From: Candidatus Methanodesulfokora washburnensis
GTDB lineage: Archaea > Korarchaeota > Korarchaeia > Korarchaeales > Korarchaeaceae
DNA length: 35,354 nt
Assembly (NCBI RefSeq): GCF_003947435.1
Contig: NZ_RCOS01000025.1
Coordinates: 1-35,354, forward strand
Direction: 5' to 3'
Shown: positions 28,382 to 35,354 of the stretch, one piece after another
Position numbering within the stretch: position 1 is the first letter of the stretch
How the letters are laid out: each line of letters opens with the position of its first letter
Notes under the pieces: generated by a model
What the model was told of the DNA's origin: nothing
What the model saw: only the letters and a program-made list of their open reading frames with translations
The model's database searches: none
Program-made: the position numbers and the translations under genes

Positions 28382-28897
28382 GTGTACTCTAACAATCTAT
28401 TCATGACGAGGGGCTCCTATTTAATCCTTTCCACAGATCCCTTTCTCGAACACTGATGACAGAGGAAAAACCTTAAAAACAATTCTCAAAATGTTCGAGG
28501 AAAAATTTATATACTTTCATTCAGGTTCCCTTCTCACATATTCAGAAAAACCAAAATGTTCGAGAAAGGTCATATCATCGAGCTCCCATTAAAAATTCCA
28601 TAACATAGTTTTTCCTGCTATGATGGAAGAAAGTAGAAAAAGCAAGTTAATAACAAGATAAAAGGGAAAATAACGAGAGTTTGACGTCGTCTATTTGATG
28701 AAGGGATCATTGAGGAGCGAGCTTCTGTTAAGAGCAGGCTGTTGAGGACAATTGGTATATCTTCTCGAAAGGATTGAAAGTAAAAAATATTCGATTAAGA
28801 AATATTTTATTCAGTGATCGGGATATTTCATTAATGAATTCTAAAATGCATTTAGTTTCTTCTAATTTAAAAACTAATAGTCTATAGAAAGGTTAAG
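28382..28897 (-). promoter_or_regulatory. CRISPR leader, AT-rich and non-coding. It has a TATA-like box (TATTTAAT, 28418-28425) about 40 nt upstream of the first repeat. It also contains TTCGAG-core direct repeats (28487-28500 and 28552-28569) and an inverted repeat (28440-28451 with 28558-28569).
   Basis: No ORF in the region; lies between the cas3'' stop and the leader-proximal repeat; motifs read directly from the sequence. Confidence 0.6.
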
Positions 28898-29659
28898 CTA
28901 GATATCCAAATACAGTTCATAGAAATCATCCATAACGCCACCGAACCTCGTTTTCTTTCCTCTTCTCTCACTTGCCGATATATAATCAACGCTAACCAGC
29001 GACACTAAGGTCAAATATGATAGCTTTTTCAGAGTTACATCCCTATCCTTCCCCGAGATGATGTAGCTGTATAAACCTCTGCAAATCTCCCGAAATTCCT
29101 GTTTTATGTCCTCTACTTTGATAGAACCTCTCTCAATCTTATTTTTAAGCTCAATAATGACAGAGTTAAGAAGAGACCTCTCCTTTCCATAAAGTGCGTT
29201 ATTCTTCAGAAACAGCAGCTCGCTTTGAAGATCCTCCAAAAAACCAGGATATAACTCAATCTTTATCTTCTCCAGTCTCCTTCCGATGTCCATTGGATGA
29301 TGATGAAATGCAACAGCGAATACAGCTGGTTTTAATATGTCGTAATCTGTGAGATTATCAAGATTTTCCTTTATATAAAGCTTTCTAAACTCAGAAAGAA
29401 TATAAGCCGAAAACACCTCATGCCCTGTAAAATATACTGGTTTTTCTGTGGGCATATGTGTGCGCTGATAAAAGGCTTTTCCTAGATCATGGAACACCAC
29501 AGATAACCTGATTTCATCGACAAACTTTTCATTAAGAGAAGTGCCTGCTCTTCCTATTCTTGAGCTCTCCAATTTCTTCAGGAGATCAATGCAGCTGTTT
29601 ATATGCTCTGACAAATACTCGGCTATGGGAGGCTCATAGTAGCTAAAAATCCTTTTCAT
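28898..29659 (-). CDS. cas3'': Cas3'' HD-domain nuclease (type I-A stand-alone HD subunit).
   Basis: 253-aa ORF with ATG start. HD motifs VFHDLGKA and AFHHHPMD. Size and position after the cas3' helicase are typical of type I-A. Confidence 0.8.
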   Translation of the reverse strand: MKRIFSYYEPPIAEYLSEHINSCIDLLKKLESSRIGRAGTSLNEKFVDEIRLSVVFHDLGKAFYQRTHMPTEKPVYFTGHEVFSAYILSEFRKLYIKENLDNLTDYDILKPAVFAVAFHHHPMDIGRRLEKIKIELYPGFLEDLQSELLFLKNNALYGKERSLLNSVIIELKNKIERGSIKVEDIKQEFREICRGLYSYIISGKDRDVTLKKLSYLTLVSLVSVDYISASERRGKKTRFGGVMDDFYELYLDI

Positions 29660-31340
29660 GTCTCATCACCAGACCCAGCTCCTCATTGTAGTCTCCCTCT
29701 ACTATAAATGTGACAAATTTAGATGAAAGAACATACTTTAATACATCTTCTTTTTTCCTATGCCAGAGCTCCTCTGTGGATTTCTTTGAGATCTTATCCC
29801 CCTCTATAACAAGCATCTCTTTTGGTCTCACCTCATATACAGTGGATAAGCTCATGGGAACTAGAAATTTCTCTAATTCACTTAATGGCATATCTTCATG
29901 CCATAAAGAGCTGGAAATTACCGGAACCAGTGTACTATCTCTCACAAAGCTTCCCTCTAGGTCTATAAATGTCTTAACCGCTAGATCAGCACTTTCCAGA
30001 ATGGTCGGTATGAAAATCAATTCTTTTATATCCCTATCCTTTGGATTAAAGGAATCCTCATCGTACACACTGTCCAAAAGAGGCTGATAGCTTTCTGGAT
30101 CGTGAAATCTAACTTCATTTCCCTCAAGGAAGCCAAGAGTCCTTCTAAAGAGATCCATATCGTATATGCCTTTGTATTTCTTGCCCTTTTCATCCTCATA
30201 CCAGAGATGGACCCTTCCCTCCTTCTCCTCCTTATACCTCAGAAATCTCCCAAGCCTCTGAATTAATGAGGAAGCAGGAGCTAGGTCTGATACAAAGAGA
30301 TTGGAGGATATGTCAACGCCCGCTTCTATAACCTGAGTTGAGACCATTAAATACTCTTCATCATGCCTCAGCTCCTCAATTTTCTTTCTTTTTTCTTCCC
30401 TGTCATCCCCGGTGAACCTAGAGTGAAGGAGAAGCATTCTATCTTTCGGCATGTCTAGGCTTTCTCTTGCTATTTTGTAGAATTCAATGGCTTCGGGAAC
30501 TGTGTTGAAGACAACAAGGGATTTTCTAAATCCATCCCTCCTGCCCCCTTTTATCCAGCTTAGAATTCTCTCAAATTTGTTGTTCTCAAGCTTTTCCAAA
30601 TTTACCTCGTATTTTTTCCCTCTTCTCTCCTCCAAAAATTTATCATCTGGTTTTTCGGAGAACCTAGTAATATGAAGACCGATTTCTTCTCCTTCTCTTC
30701 TCAGAATATTCTCCAGAGCCTTAGGTATGGTGGCGGACATGAAAACAGCCCTCCCCCCATGGGATGCTATTATCCGGATGAGGGCTATCAGAAAGTTCAG
30801 AGATTTTGTAGTATCGGATAGAAGATGGACTTCATCAAGTACTACATCAGATAAAAGCACCATTGCTCTGGAAAAGAGATAATGCCCCATACTCCTAGTG
30901 AGAGTTCCATCATAATGTTTAACGGCAAACTCAAAATCTTCGGGGGCTATGCCGAAAAGGGTTAAGGAAAGGGTGTCGACAGTGGTGAGTGTAATGGGTC
31001 TTATCAGATATCTGGAATCTGCATGATGCATGTACCTAGTTCCCACATTTCTTTCATCTAAACCCAGCTTGCGCAATGTCCCCCTAAACTTGGATAGCTG
31101 ATCCTCAAGAAGGGTTCTAAGAGGGAATGTAACCACACATTTTAGCCCCTCTTCTAGCGATTTAAGTGCAATTGCCTGGGAAATTGCAGATTTTCCATAG
31201 CCAGTAGGTGCCTCTATGACTAAAATTCTGTTCTTCTCAGCTCTCTGTGTCGCAAAGTTGAGAAAATGTCTATCTTCTCTTTCTTGGAAAGTTTCGAGAA
31301 CTCTATCCAAGTAATAAGGCAGATCAGCCAAGCAGTTCAC
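29643..31340 (-). CDS. cas3': Cas3' superfamily-2 helicase (type I-A stand-alone helicase subunit).
   Basis: 565-aa ORF. Motif I APTGYGKS and motif II LDEVHLL (DEVH). GTG start at 31338-31340, overlapping the upstream gene end. Confidence 0.8.
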   Translation of the reverse strand: MNCLADLPYYLDRVLETFQEREDRHFLNFATQRAEKNRILVIEAPTGYGKSAISQAIALKSLEEGLKCVVTFPLRTLLEDQLSKFRGTLRKLGLDERNVGTRYMHHADSRYLIRPITLTTVDTLSLTLFGIAPEDFEFAVKHYDGTLTRSMGHYLFSRAMVLLSDVVLDEVHLLSDTTKSLNFLIALIRIIASHGGRAVFMSATIPKALENILRREGEEIGLHITRFSEKPDDKFLEERRGKKYEVNLEKLENNKFERILSWIKGGRRDGFRKSLVVFNTVPEAIEFYKIARESLDMPKDRMLLLHSRFTGDDREEKRKKIEELRHDEEYLMVSTQVIEAGVDISSNLFVSDLAPASSLIQRLGRFLRYKEEKEGRVHLWYEDEKGKKYKGIYDMDLFRRTLGFLEGNEVRFHDPESYQPLLDSVYDEDSFNPKDRDIKELIFIPTILESADLAVKTFIDLEGSFVRDSTLVPVISSSLWHEDMPLSELEKFLVPMSLSTVYEVRPKEMLVIEGDKISKKSTEELWHRKKEDVLKYVLSSKFVTFIVEGDYNEELGLVMRHEKDF

Positions 31341-31927
31341 CTCCTAAGATCTGTTTCTTGAGAAAACTTAAGCAGGACTTTCTCTGCACATTCTCGACAG
31401 CGGAATACTTCCTCATATGGTAACTTAAAACAATATCTTGCTATATTATAATTTCTTAAATTTAAATAATCGATACATTCAATTATATCCCTATCTATTA
31501 CTCTATAGCTCATATCTTGAATCTCTAATAGCAGCCCTAATAGTTTTTCTAGATCGTGCTCTTTTGGAGGAATTCTTCCAGAAACGCTAATTAAGAATTT
31601 TAAAAGCTTTTCATAGCATTGCTGAGCGTGAAAACATACATCACTAGAATAAGGTTGTGGAACCCTTAAAAGACAAGTAGTGCTTCCGCTTCCTATTTCG
31701 CAGGAAGCATCGCAATAATCGCATTCTTCTGTTCCTTTTTTTGGACATTTGTTGCAGGGAAACATAGGACAGTACTTCTCACAAAATTCTTCTCTATATA
31801 TCTCCCCATTCTGCACTTTCATTAAAGTAATCCAAGTATTATAATTACGAATAGCTTCATAACAATCTCTTATGGCTATTTCCCGCCATTCAGAAGGCGT
31901 GGGAAATTTCTCTCTGTACATAAGCAT
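31337..31927 (-). CDS. Cys-rich protein (196 aa, about 16 Cys, e.g. CEKYCPMFPCNKCPKKGTEECDYCDASCEIG…CRECAEK) embedded in the cas operon. Either a split-off zinc-finger C-terminal module of Cas8a, or an undescribed metal-cluster accessory subunit.
   Basis: ATG start; overlaps the cas8a end (38 nt) and the cas3' start (4 nt), so it is translationally coupled within the effector operon; no match to a canonical Cas family recognised by eye. Confidence 0.5.
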   Translation of the reverse strand: MLMYREKFPTPSEWREIAIRDCYEAIRNYNTWITLMKVQNGEIYREEFCEKYCPMFPCNKCPKKGTEECDYCDASCEIGSGSTTCLLRVPQPYSSDVCFHAQQCYEKLLKFLISVSGRIPPKEHDLEKLLGLLLEIQDMSYRVIDRDIIECIDYLNLRNYNIARYCFKLPYEEVFRCRECAEKVLLKFSQETDLRR

Positions 31928-33083
31928 ACCTCTCTGCCCTAGTTTGAGTTCTCTTATCTGCCTTGAGAATTGTATAAGCCTCTTCTAGTGATCTTAAGAA
32001 TTCGAAAAGGCCATGCATATCTGCTAGAGATACGAACCTGTAGAGACTGAGAACTCCCCTGAGTACTACATCGGCCTCGCTATATTTATTTTTTGTATTG
32101 AAAGACCTCAATGCATCCATTATCACATCACCGGGTGATAGAGCCTCATAGAGTTTCTCGCAAAGTTTATCCGCTTTAATCCCCCGTTTAGAGAGAATGT
32201 CATAGAACAAGGGATCCCTGTATACAGAGATAGGCACTGTTTCATATATTTTATAAGTCATCCCTTCGGGAGATACCTTAAATACATTGAAATCCACCTT
32301 ATCCAAATTCATGCTCGCAAGCTTAGATCTTATTTTAGTGCTCAGCATAGCTTCAAGGATCATTACCTCGCTTACAACAGAGCCTCTAAGTGTTTCTGAG
32401 AGCAGTTCTCTTAAAGACTCCTTTACTGAATAAACGTTGATTAACTTAGTTCGATCTCCTGAGGCAAGTATACTGGCAGTTTCATCTGGTGAAAGGAAGA
32501 GAAAGTAATGGTATGTGCTATCCGGTGTCCTGACCGTTGTTATGTGGGATGAATACACCCCCAGAAGACCTATCAGGATGATCTCAGGAGAAGCTCTGAG
32601 ACCTAACTGTTCTGAAGTAGTTTTCATCTCAAGAGCTGAAAATCCAGTGTACCTGTCCACCTTGAACAGCTGGGGTGCCGCTAACTCGCTTCTCTCCGGA
32701 GCATCTAAAAACACATTCTTTCCTCTCATCTCAGCTCTAACCAATATTTTATCTCTGCTGATGGATATATTCTTACACTGCTCTTTCAATAGCTTCAAAA
32801 GCTCTCTATAAGTCTTCTTAGATGGTCTTTCCTCAATCTGTAAACTTTCTAAGAATTTATCTATTTTATCATTTCCTGTTAGCACTATTGATATATCTTC
32901 TATTCTTTCATTATCCATATTACCATAAGCCCTGCAGAGAAAGTCGTCCGGCAACTCCGCCTTATTGAGGTTAAAAGAGGATCCTGACACATAATTTAAA
33001 ATATAGAGTATTCCTTCATAGATTACTCCGCTAAGAAAGGTGGAATCCAAAGGCAACTCCAGCTCCAATCTCATTCTCTCCAC
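31890..33083 (-). CDS. cas8a: Putative Cas8a large subunit (type I-A). Assignment by position and size, between cas5 and cas3'; the sequence is divergent.
   Basis: 397-aa ORF. GTG at 33081-33083 or ATG at 33072-33074 (M4); the latter abuts the cas5 stop. No recognisable motif by eye. Confidence 0.45.
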   Translation of the reverse strand: MERMRLELELPLDSTFLSGVIYEGILYILNYVSGSSFNLNKAELPDDFLCRAYGNMDNERIEDISIVLTGNDKIDKFLESLQIEERPSKKTYRELLKLLKEQCKNISISRDKILVRAEMRGKNVFLDAPERSELAAPQLFKVDRYTGFSALEMKTTSEQLGLRASPEIILIGLLGVYSSHITTVRTPDSTYHYFLFLSPDETASILASGDRTKLINVYSVKESLRELLSETLRGSVVSEVMILEAMLSTKIRSKLASMNLDKVDFNVFKVSPEGMTYKIYETVPISVYRDPLFYDILSKRGIKADKLCEKLYEALSPGDVIMDALRSFNTKNKYSEADVVLRGVLSLYRFVSLADMHGLFEFLRSLEEAYTILKADKRTQTRAERYAYVQREISHAF

Positions 33084-33904
33084 CCCACCACAGCTTCCCC
33101 ATTAACTCTGTAGAATGCAGCAGGATCCCTAACCTCTACTATGAACTCCGGTTCTCCAGCTCTTGTTACCAGTATAGGGACTCGGAATGGTATCAGAGAT
33201 CTTCCCTCCATGTACGTTAAAACAGGATTGGCCCTTTCAGCATATTCTATATCTCTAGGATTTATATATATTTCATAAAGCCATCTCCTCTGAAGCTCCT
33301 CTAATGGCTGCACGCCATCTATCGATGGAAAGCTGTATTTAGAAATTATCTTTCCCTTTTCCGCATCTATTCCATCCTTTCTTCTCACATCTATCACAGA
33401 AATTCTGCTTTCCTTTGAACCCAGCCTGTGAATTCTCCAGAAATAGCTCTCATCAAGCTCTACAATTTTCCCTCTGAACTCAATTTTACCTTCTCTGAAC
33501 ACCAGAAGAAATCTTAAAGTAGGGGAATTCTCGTCCAAGCTAACCATGACTGTCTTTCCTCTGGCTGGCGAGTCGTATGAGCTGGCTATATTCCTAGGAT
33601 CGGGATAGAGAACTCCTGATGTTACTTTCACAGCTATTATCTTGTTTATGTCCTCATACTTTAGAGGAATGCAATTTATGGGTCTTGTACCAAAAGCCAA
33701 CAAACCCTTGCTTAGTGACTTTATTATCTCCCTTCCGGCGGATTCTCCCACTCCTAGTCCTCTGGCAATTGATTCACCCAATGCTCCTAAAAATGTGGTG
33801 GGAGGAGGGTAGTAGAAAGAGGGTGACGTTTTGGATAAACCTGCTATTCTTGTCTGAAAACCCCAGACAAACTCCACATCCACTATGAATGCTGAAGCGC
33901 TCAT
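33071..33904 (-). CDS. cas5: Cas5 (type I-A Cas5a, RAMP).
   Basis: 277-aa ORF. The N-terminal G-rich RAMP segment …WGFQTRIAGLSKTSPSFYYPPPTTFLGALGESIARGLG resembles Cas5a. Start ATGA overlaps the cas7 stop. Confidence 0.7.
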   Translation of the reverse strand: MSASAFIVDVEFVWGFQTRIAGLSKTSPSFYYPPPTTFLGALGESIARGLGVGESAGREIIKSLSKGLLAFGTRPINCIPLKYEDINKIIAVKVTSGVLYPDPRNIASSYDSPARGKTVMVSLDENSPTLRFLLVFREGKIEFRGKIVELDESYFWRIHRLGSKESRISVIDVRRKDGIDAEKGKIISKYSFPSIDGVQPLEELQRRWLYEIYINPRDIEYAERANPVLTYMEGRSLIPFRVPILVTRAGEPEFIVEVRDPAAFYRVNGEAVVGWRE

Positions 33905-34875
33905 CAGCTCACTCCAGCCCTCCTTTTTGCCTCCATTATTGCCTCCATTATGGTATCCTCAAAACCTGTTCCTCCTGTGTATTTGAACAGTTTAGTATTG
34001 TAATTCACTTTTTTCGCTTTCTCCTCTGCTCTCTCTATATAGTTCTTGGAGAATGGGCTTGGAACAGTCCATACATCGTCGCTTACTGCTATAGCAGCAG
34101 ACTCCCACTCAACTACTGGGAGAAATCTAGTCTTCTTTGCTCCGAACATCATCTCTATCATAAATTTCGAGAGAGCATCTAGAGTAACTCCTATCCTCTT
34201 CTTCCTCTCCTCCTCGCTTATAATCGTTTTACCGGCGTTCTCCATGGAGAAAGTCGCTTTTCCTAGGTATTTTGTATCAAGATCGAAGCTAAATGTGTAA
34301 GCTGCAGAGGAAAGTTCAATATAATAAATCATCTGGCCACCAGCTCTTCCTCCCTCCTCAACAAAAGGAGTGCCGAGTGCGTATCTTGTGTGAAGCTGGG
34401 GTTCTATCACAGTGCTCTCCAGAGACTCCTTGGTTGGTATCATATAACCAACGAAGAAATTCGAAGTTCTTTTCACATTCCTTCCTCCTCTTGCCGGAGC
34501 GTAAAGAAAGCCTCCAACATCCTCCACGACACATCCCTTTATGACAGCATTTTCAAACTCGCTCTCGCTTCCGGGTGGATCTATTCCAAAGGACTCCTTG
34601 AAAACAGCATCGTTTGTGCTCTTCAGAAAGTATCCCTTGCTGCACAACTTGCACACAGGAAGGCCTTTTTCTGCAGCTTCCTCAGCAAGTACCTGTTGAT
34701 ATCCGTGAGCTATGGACTCCCCGCTTACTGATGGGACAAAGTAGGTTGCGTAAGTTCCAGGCATCACCACAGGGACTCTTCTATGCTTCACGTAGTTTCC
34801 GACGCTTTCCGTCATATTCAGGGCCTCAACATTGATCAAAACCCTTCCCCTAACCGATATAAACGGATCTGCCAT
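33904..34875 (-). CDS. cas7: Cas7 backbone subunit of the type I-A Cascade (Csa2 family).
   Basis: 323-aa ORF. The N-terminus SVRGRVLINVEALNMTESVGNYVKHRRVPVV closely parallels the Sulfolobus Csa2 N-terminus (…SVRFLVNLESLNGVESIGNLTKHRTAPVV…). ATG start. Confidence 0.85.
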   Translation of the reverse strand: MADPFISVRGRVLINVEALNMTESVGNYVKHRRVPVVMPGTYATYFVPSVSGESIAHGYQQVLAEEAAEKGLPVCKLCSKGYFLKSTNDAVFKESFGIDPPGSESEFENAVIKGCVVEDVGGFLYAPARGGRNVKRTSNFFVGYMIPTKESLESTVIEPQLHTRYALGTPFVEEGGRAGGQMIYYIELSSAAYTFSFDLDTKYLGKATFSMENAGKTIISEEERKKRIGVTLDALSKFMIEMMFGAKKTRFLPVVEWESAAIAVSDDVWTVPSPFSKNYIERAEEKAKKVNYNTKLFKYTGGTGFEDTIMEAIMEAKRRAGVS

Positions 34876-34887
34876 AACAACACCTCC

Positions 34888-35229
34888 CTAATCCATAAGC
34901 CTAGAGGCTATAGAAAGGGCTTTTGCTGTAATCAAGGAGACTACTTCTCTCAGCTCCTTCATGCCTGATATTTTCTCTATCCCCTGTATCTCCTTCTCCA
35001 CCGATTCCATGTCTATCCTCTTGGCCTCATCGAAGGCCTTTGGATTACCCCACTGAGGCTTGTTTTTGAGCGAATGAAAGTCTCTCAGGGCTTCTCTCAG
35101 GTAATAAAGCACAAGATCTTTTGATGGCGCATATCCAAGCTTATCAACGTATGTATAGCTCTCATTTTCGGCAACCAAAACAGCAAGCAACTCAGCTATG
35201 CCTTCCGCCATCATATCACCTTGGTGCAT
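34888..35229 (-). CDS. csa5: Csa5 (Cas11a) small subunit of the type I-A Cascade.
   Basis: 113-aa helical ORF. It is the first gene of the operon, immediately upstream of cas7, which is the canonical I-A position. ATG at 35227-35229. Confidence 0.6.
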   Translation of the reverse strand: MHQGDMMAEGIAELLAVLVAENESYTYVDKLGYAPSKDLVLYYLREALRDFHSLKNKPQWGNPKAFDEAKRIDMESVEKEIQGIEKISGMKELREVVSLITAKALSIASRLMD

Positions 35230-35249
35230 AAAGCAGGCATGGTGTTAAA

Positions 35250-35270
35250 TAAAAACTTTGCTATTCCAAA
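35250..35270 (-). promoter_or_regulatory. Candidate TATA/BRE promoter element of the type I-A effector operon (minus strand reads TTTTTATTTAA about 25-35 nt upstream of the csa5 ATG).
   Basis: A/T-rich box at the right distance for an archaeal promoter driving a short-leader or leaderless csa5 transcript. Confidence 0.4.
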
Positions 35271-35354
35271 CATTCTTTCCATAATGAATAAATACTGCCT
35301 CATTCTACACAAGAAGCATGCAAACTGCCCTCATATTCACGCTCGGTTTTGAGG

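Noticed and set aside
1-35354. Integrase, transposase, prophage or other mobile-element boundary (att-like direct repeats at the window scale).
   Set aside because: No integrase- or transposase-like ORF, and no tRNA to serve as an att site, is visible. The only junction-like signal is the decayed gene fragment and repeat-like scar at 11505-11712, reported separately as a finding.

Overview
This is an archaeal-looking window (about 42-45% GC, K/E/I-rich proteins, TATA-box promoters, many leaderless starts). Its right half is a CRISPR-Cas defence island. At 16165-28381 there is one very large CRISPR array of about 192 copies of a 25-nt repeat, written on the + strand as [C/A]TTTCAATCCTCTTTGCATTGAGAC, with 35-45 nt spacers. 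The minus-strand reading of the repeat ends in ATTGAAAG, the classic 8-nt crRNA 5' handle. A degenerate terminal repeat at 16165 and an AT-rich 516-bp leader at 28382-28897 point the same way, so the array is transcribed on the minus strand from the leader. Directly upstream, and co-directional on the minus strand, lies a tightly packed type I-A effector operon at 28898-35229: csa5, cas7 (csa2), cas5, a putative cas8a, an unusual Cys-rich 196-aa ORF, cas3' helicase and cas3'' HD nuclease. No cas6, cas1, cas2 or cas4 is present in the window. Inside the array I found block-wise repeat polymorphism at the handle -1 position, two spacer pairs from overlapping or homologous protospacers, and a spacer carrying a 7-nt duplication of the repeat end. 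The segment between the array and the left half of the window holds an MbfA-like Er-VIT1 iron protein and a COG1106/AAA_21-type ABC ATPase followed by two tiny overlapping ORFs, which is a candidate two-gene defence or toxin module. It also holds a DUF4143-type AAA ATPase whose promoter contains a 24-bp perfect palindrome. Next to that promoter sit a decayed copy of the 3' end of gene 4442-4762 and a CRISPR-repeat-like 15-mer, which looks like an island junction scar. The left 11 kb carries a flavodiiron protein (FprA), a formamidase plus APC permease pair, a P-loop ATPase with a probable PD-(D/E)xK-like domain and HTH plus a wHTH partner, and a five-gene minus-strand cluster built around an SPFH/Band-7-SHOCT protein with two zinc-ribbon proteins. 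That last cluster is my best candidate for an uncharacterised membrane-associated system. All protein calls rest on motif recognition by eye; none has been checked against a database.
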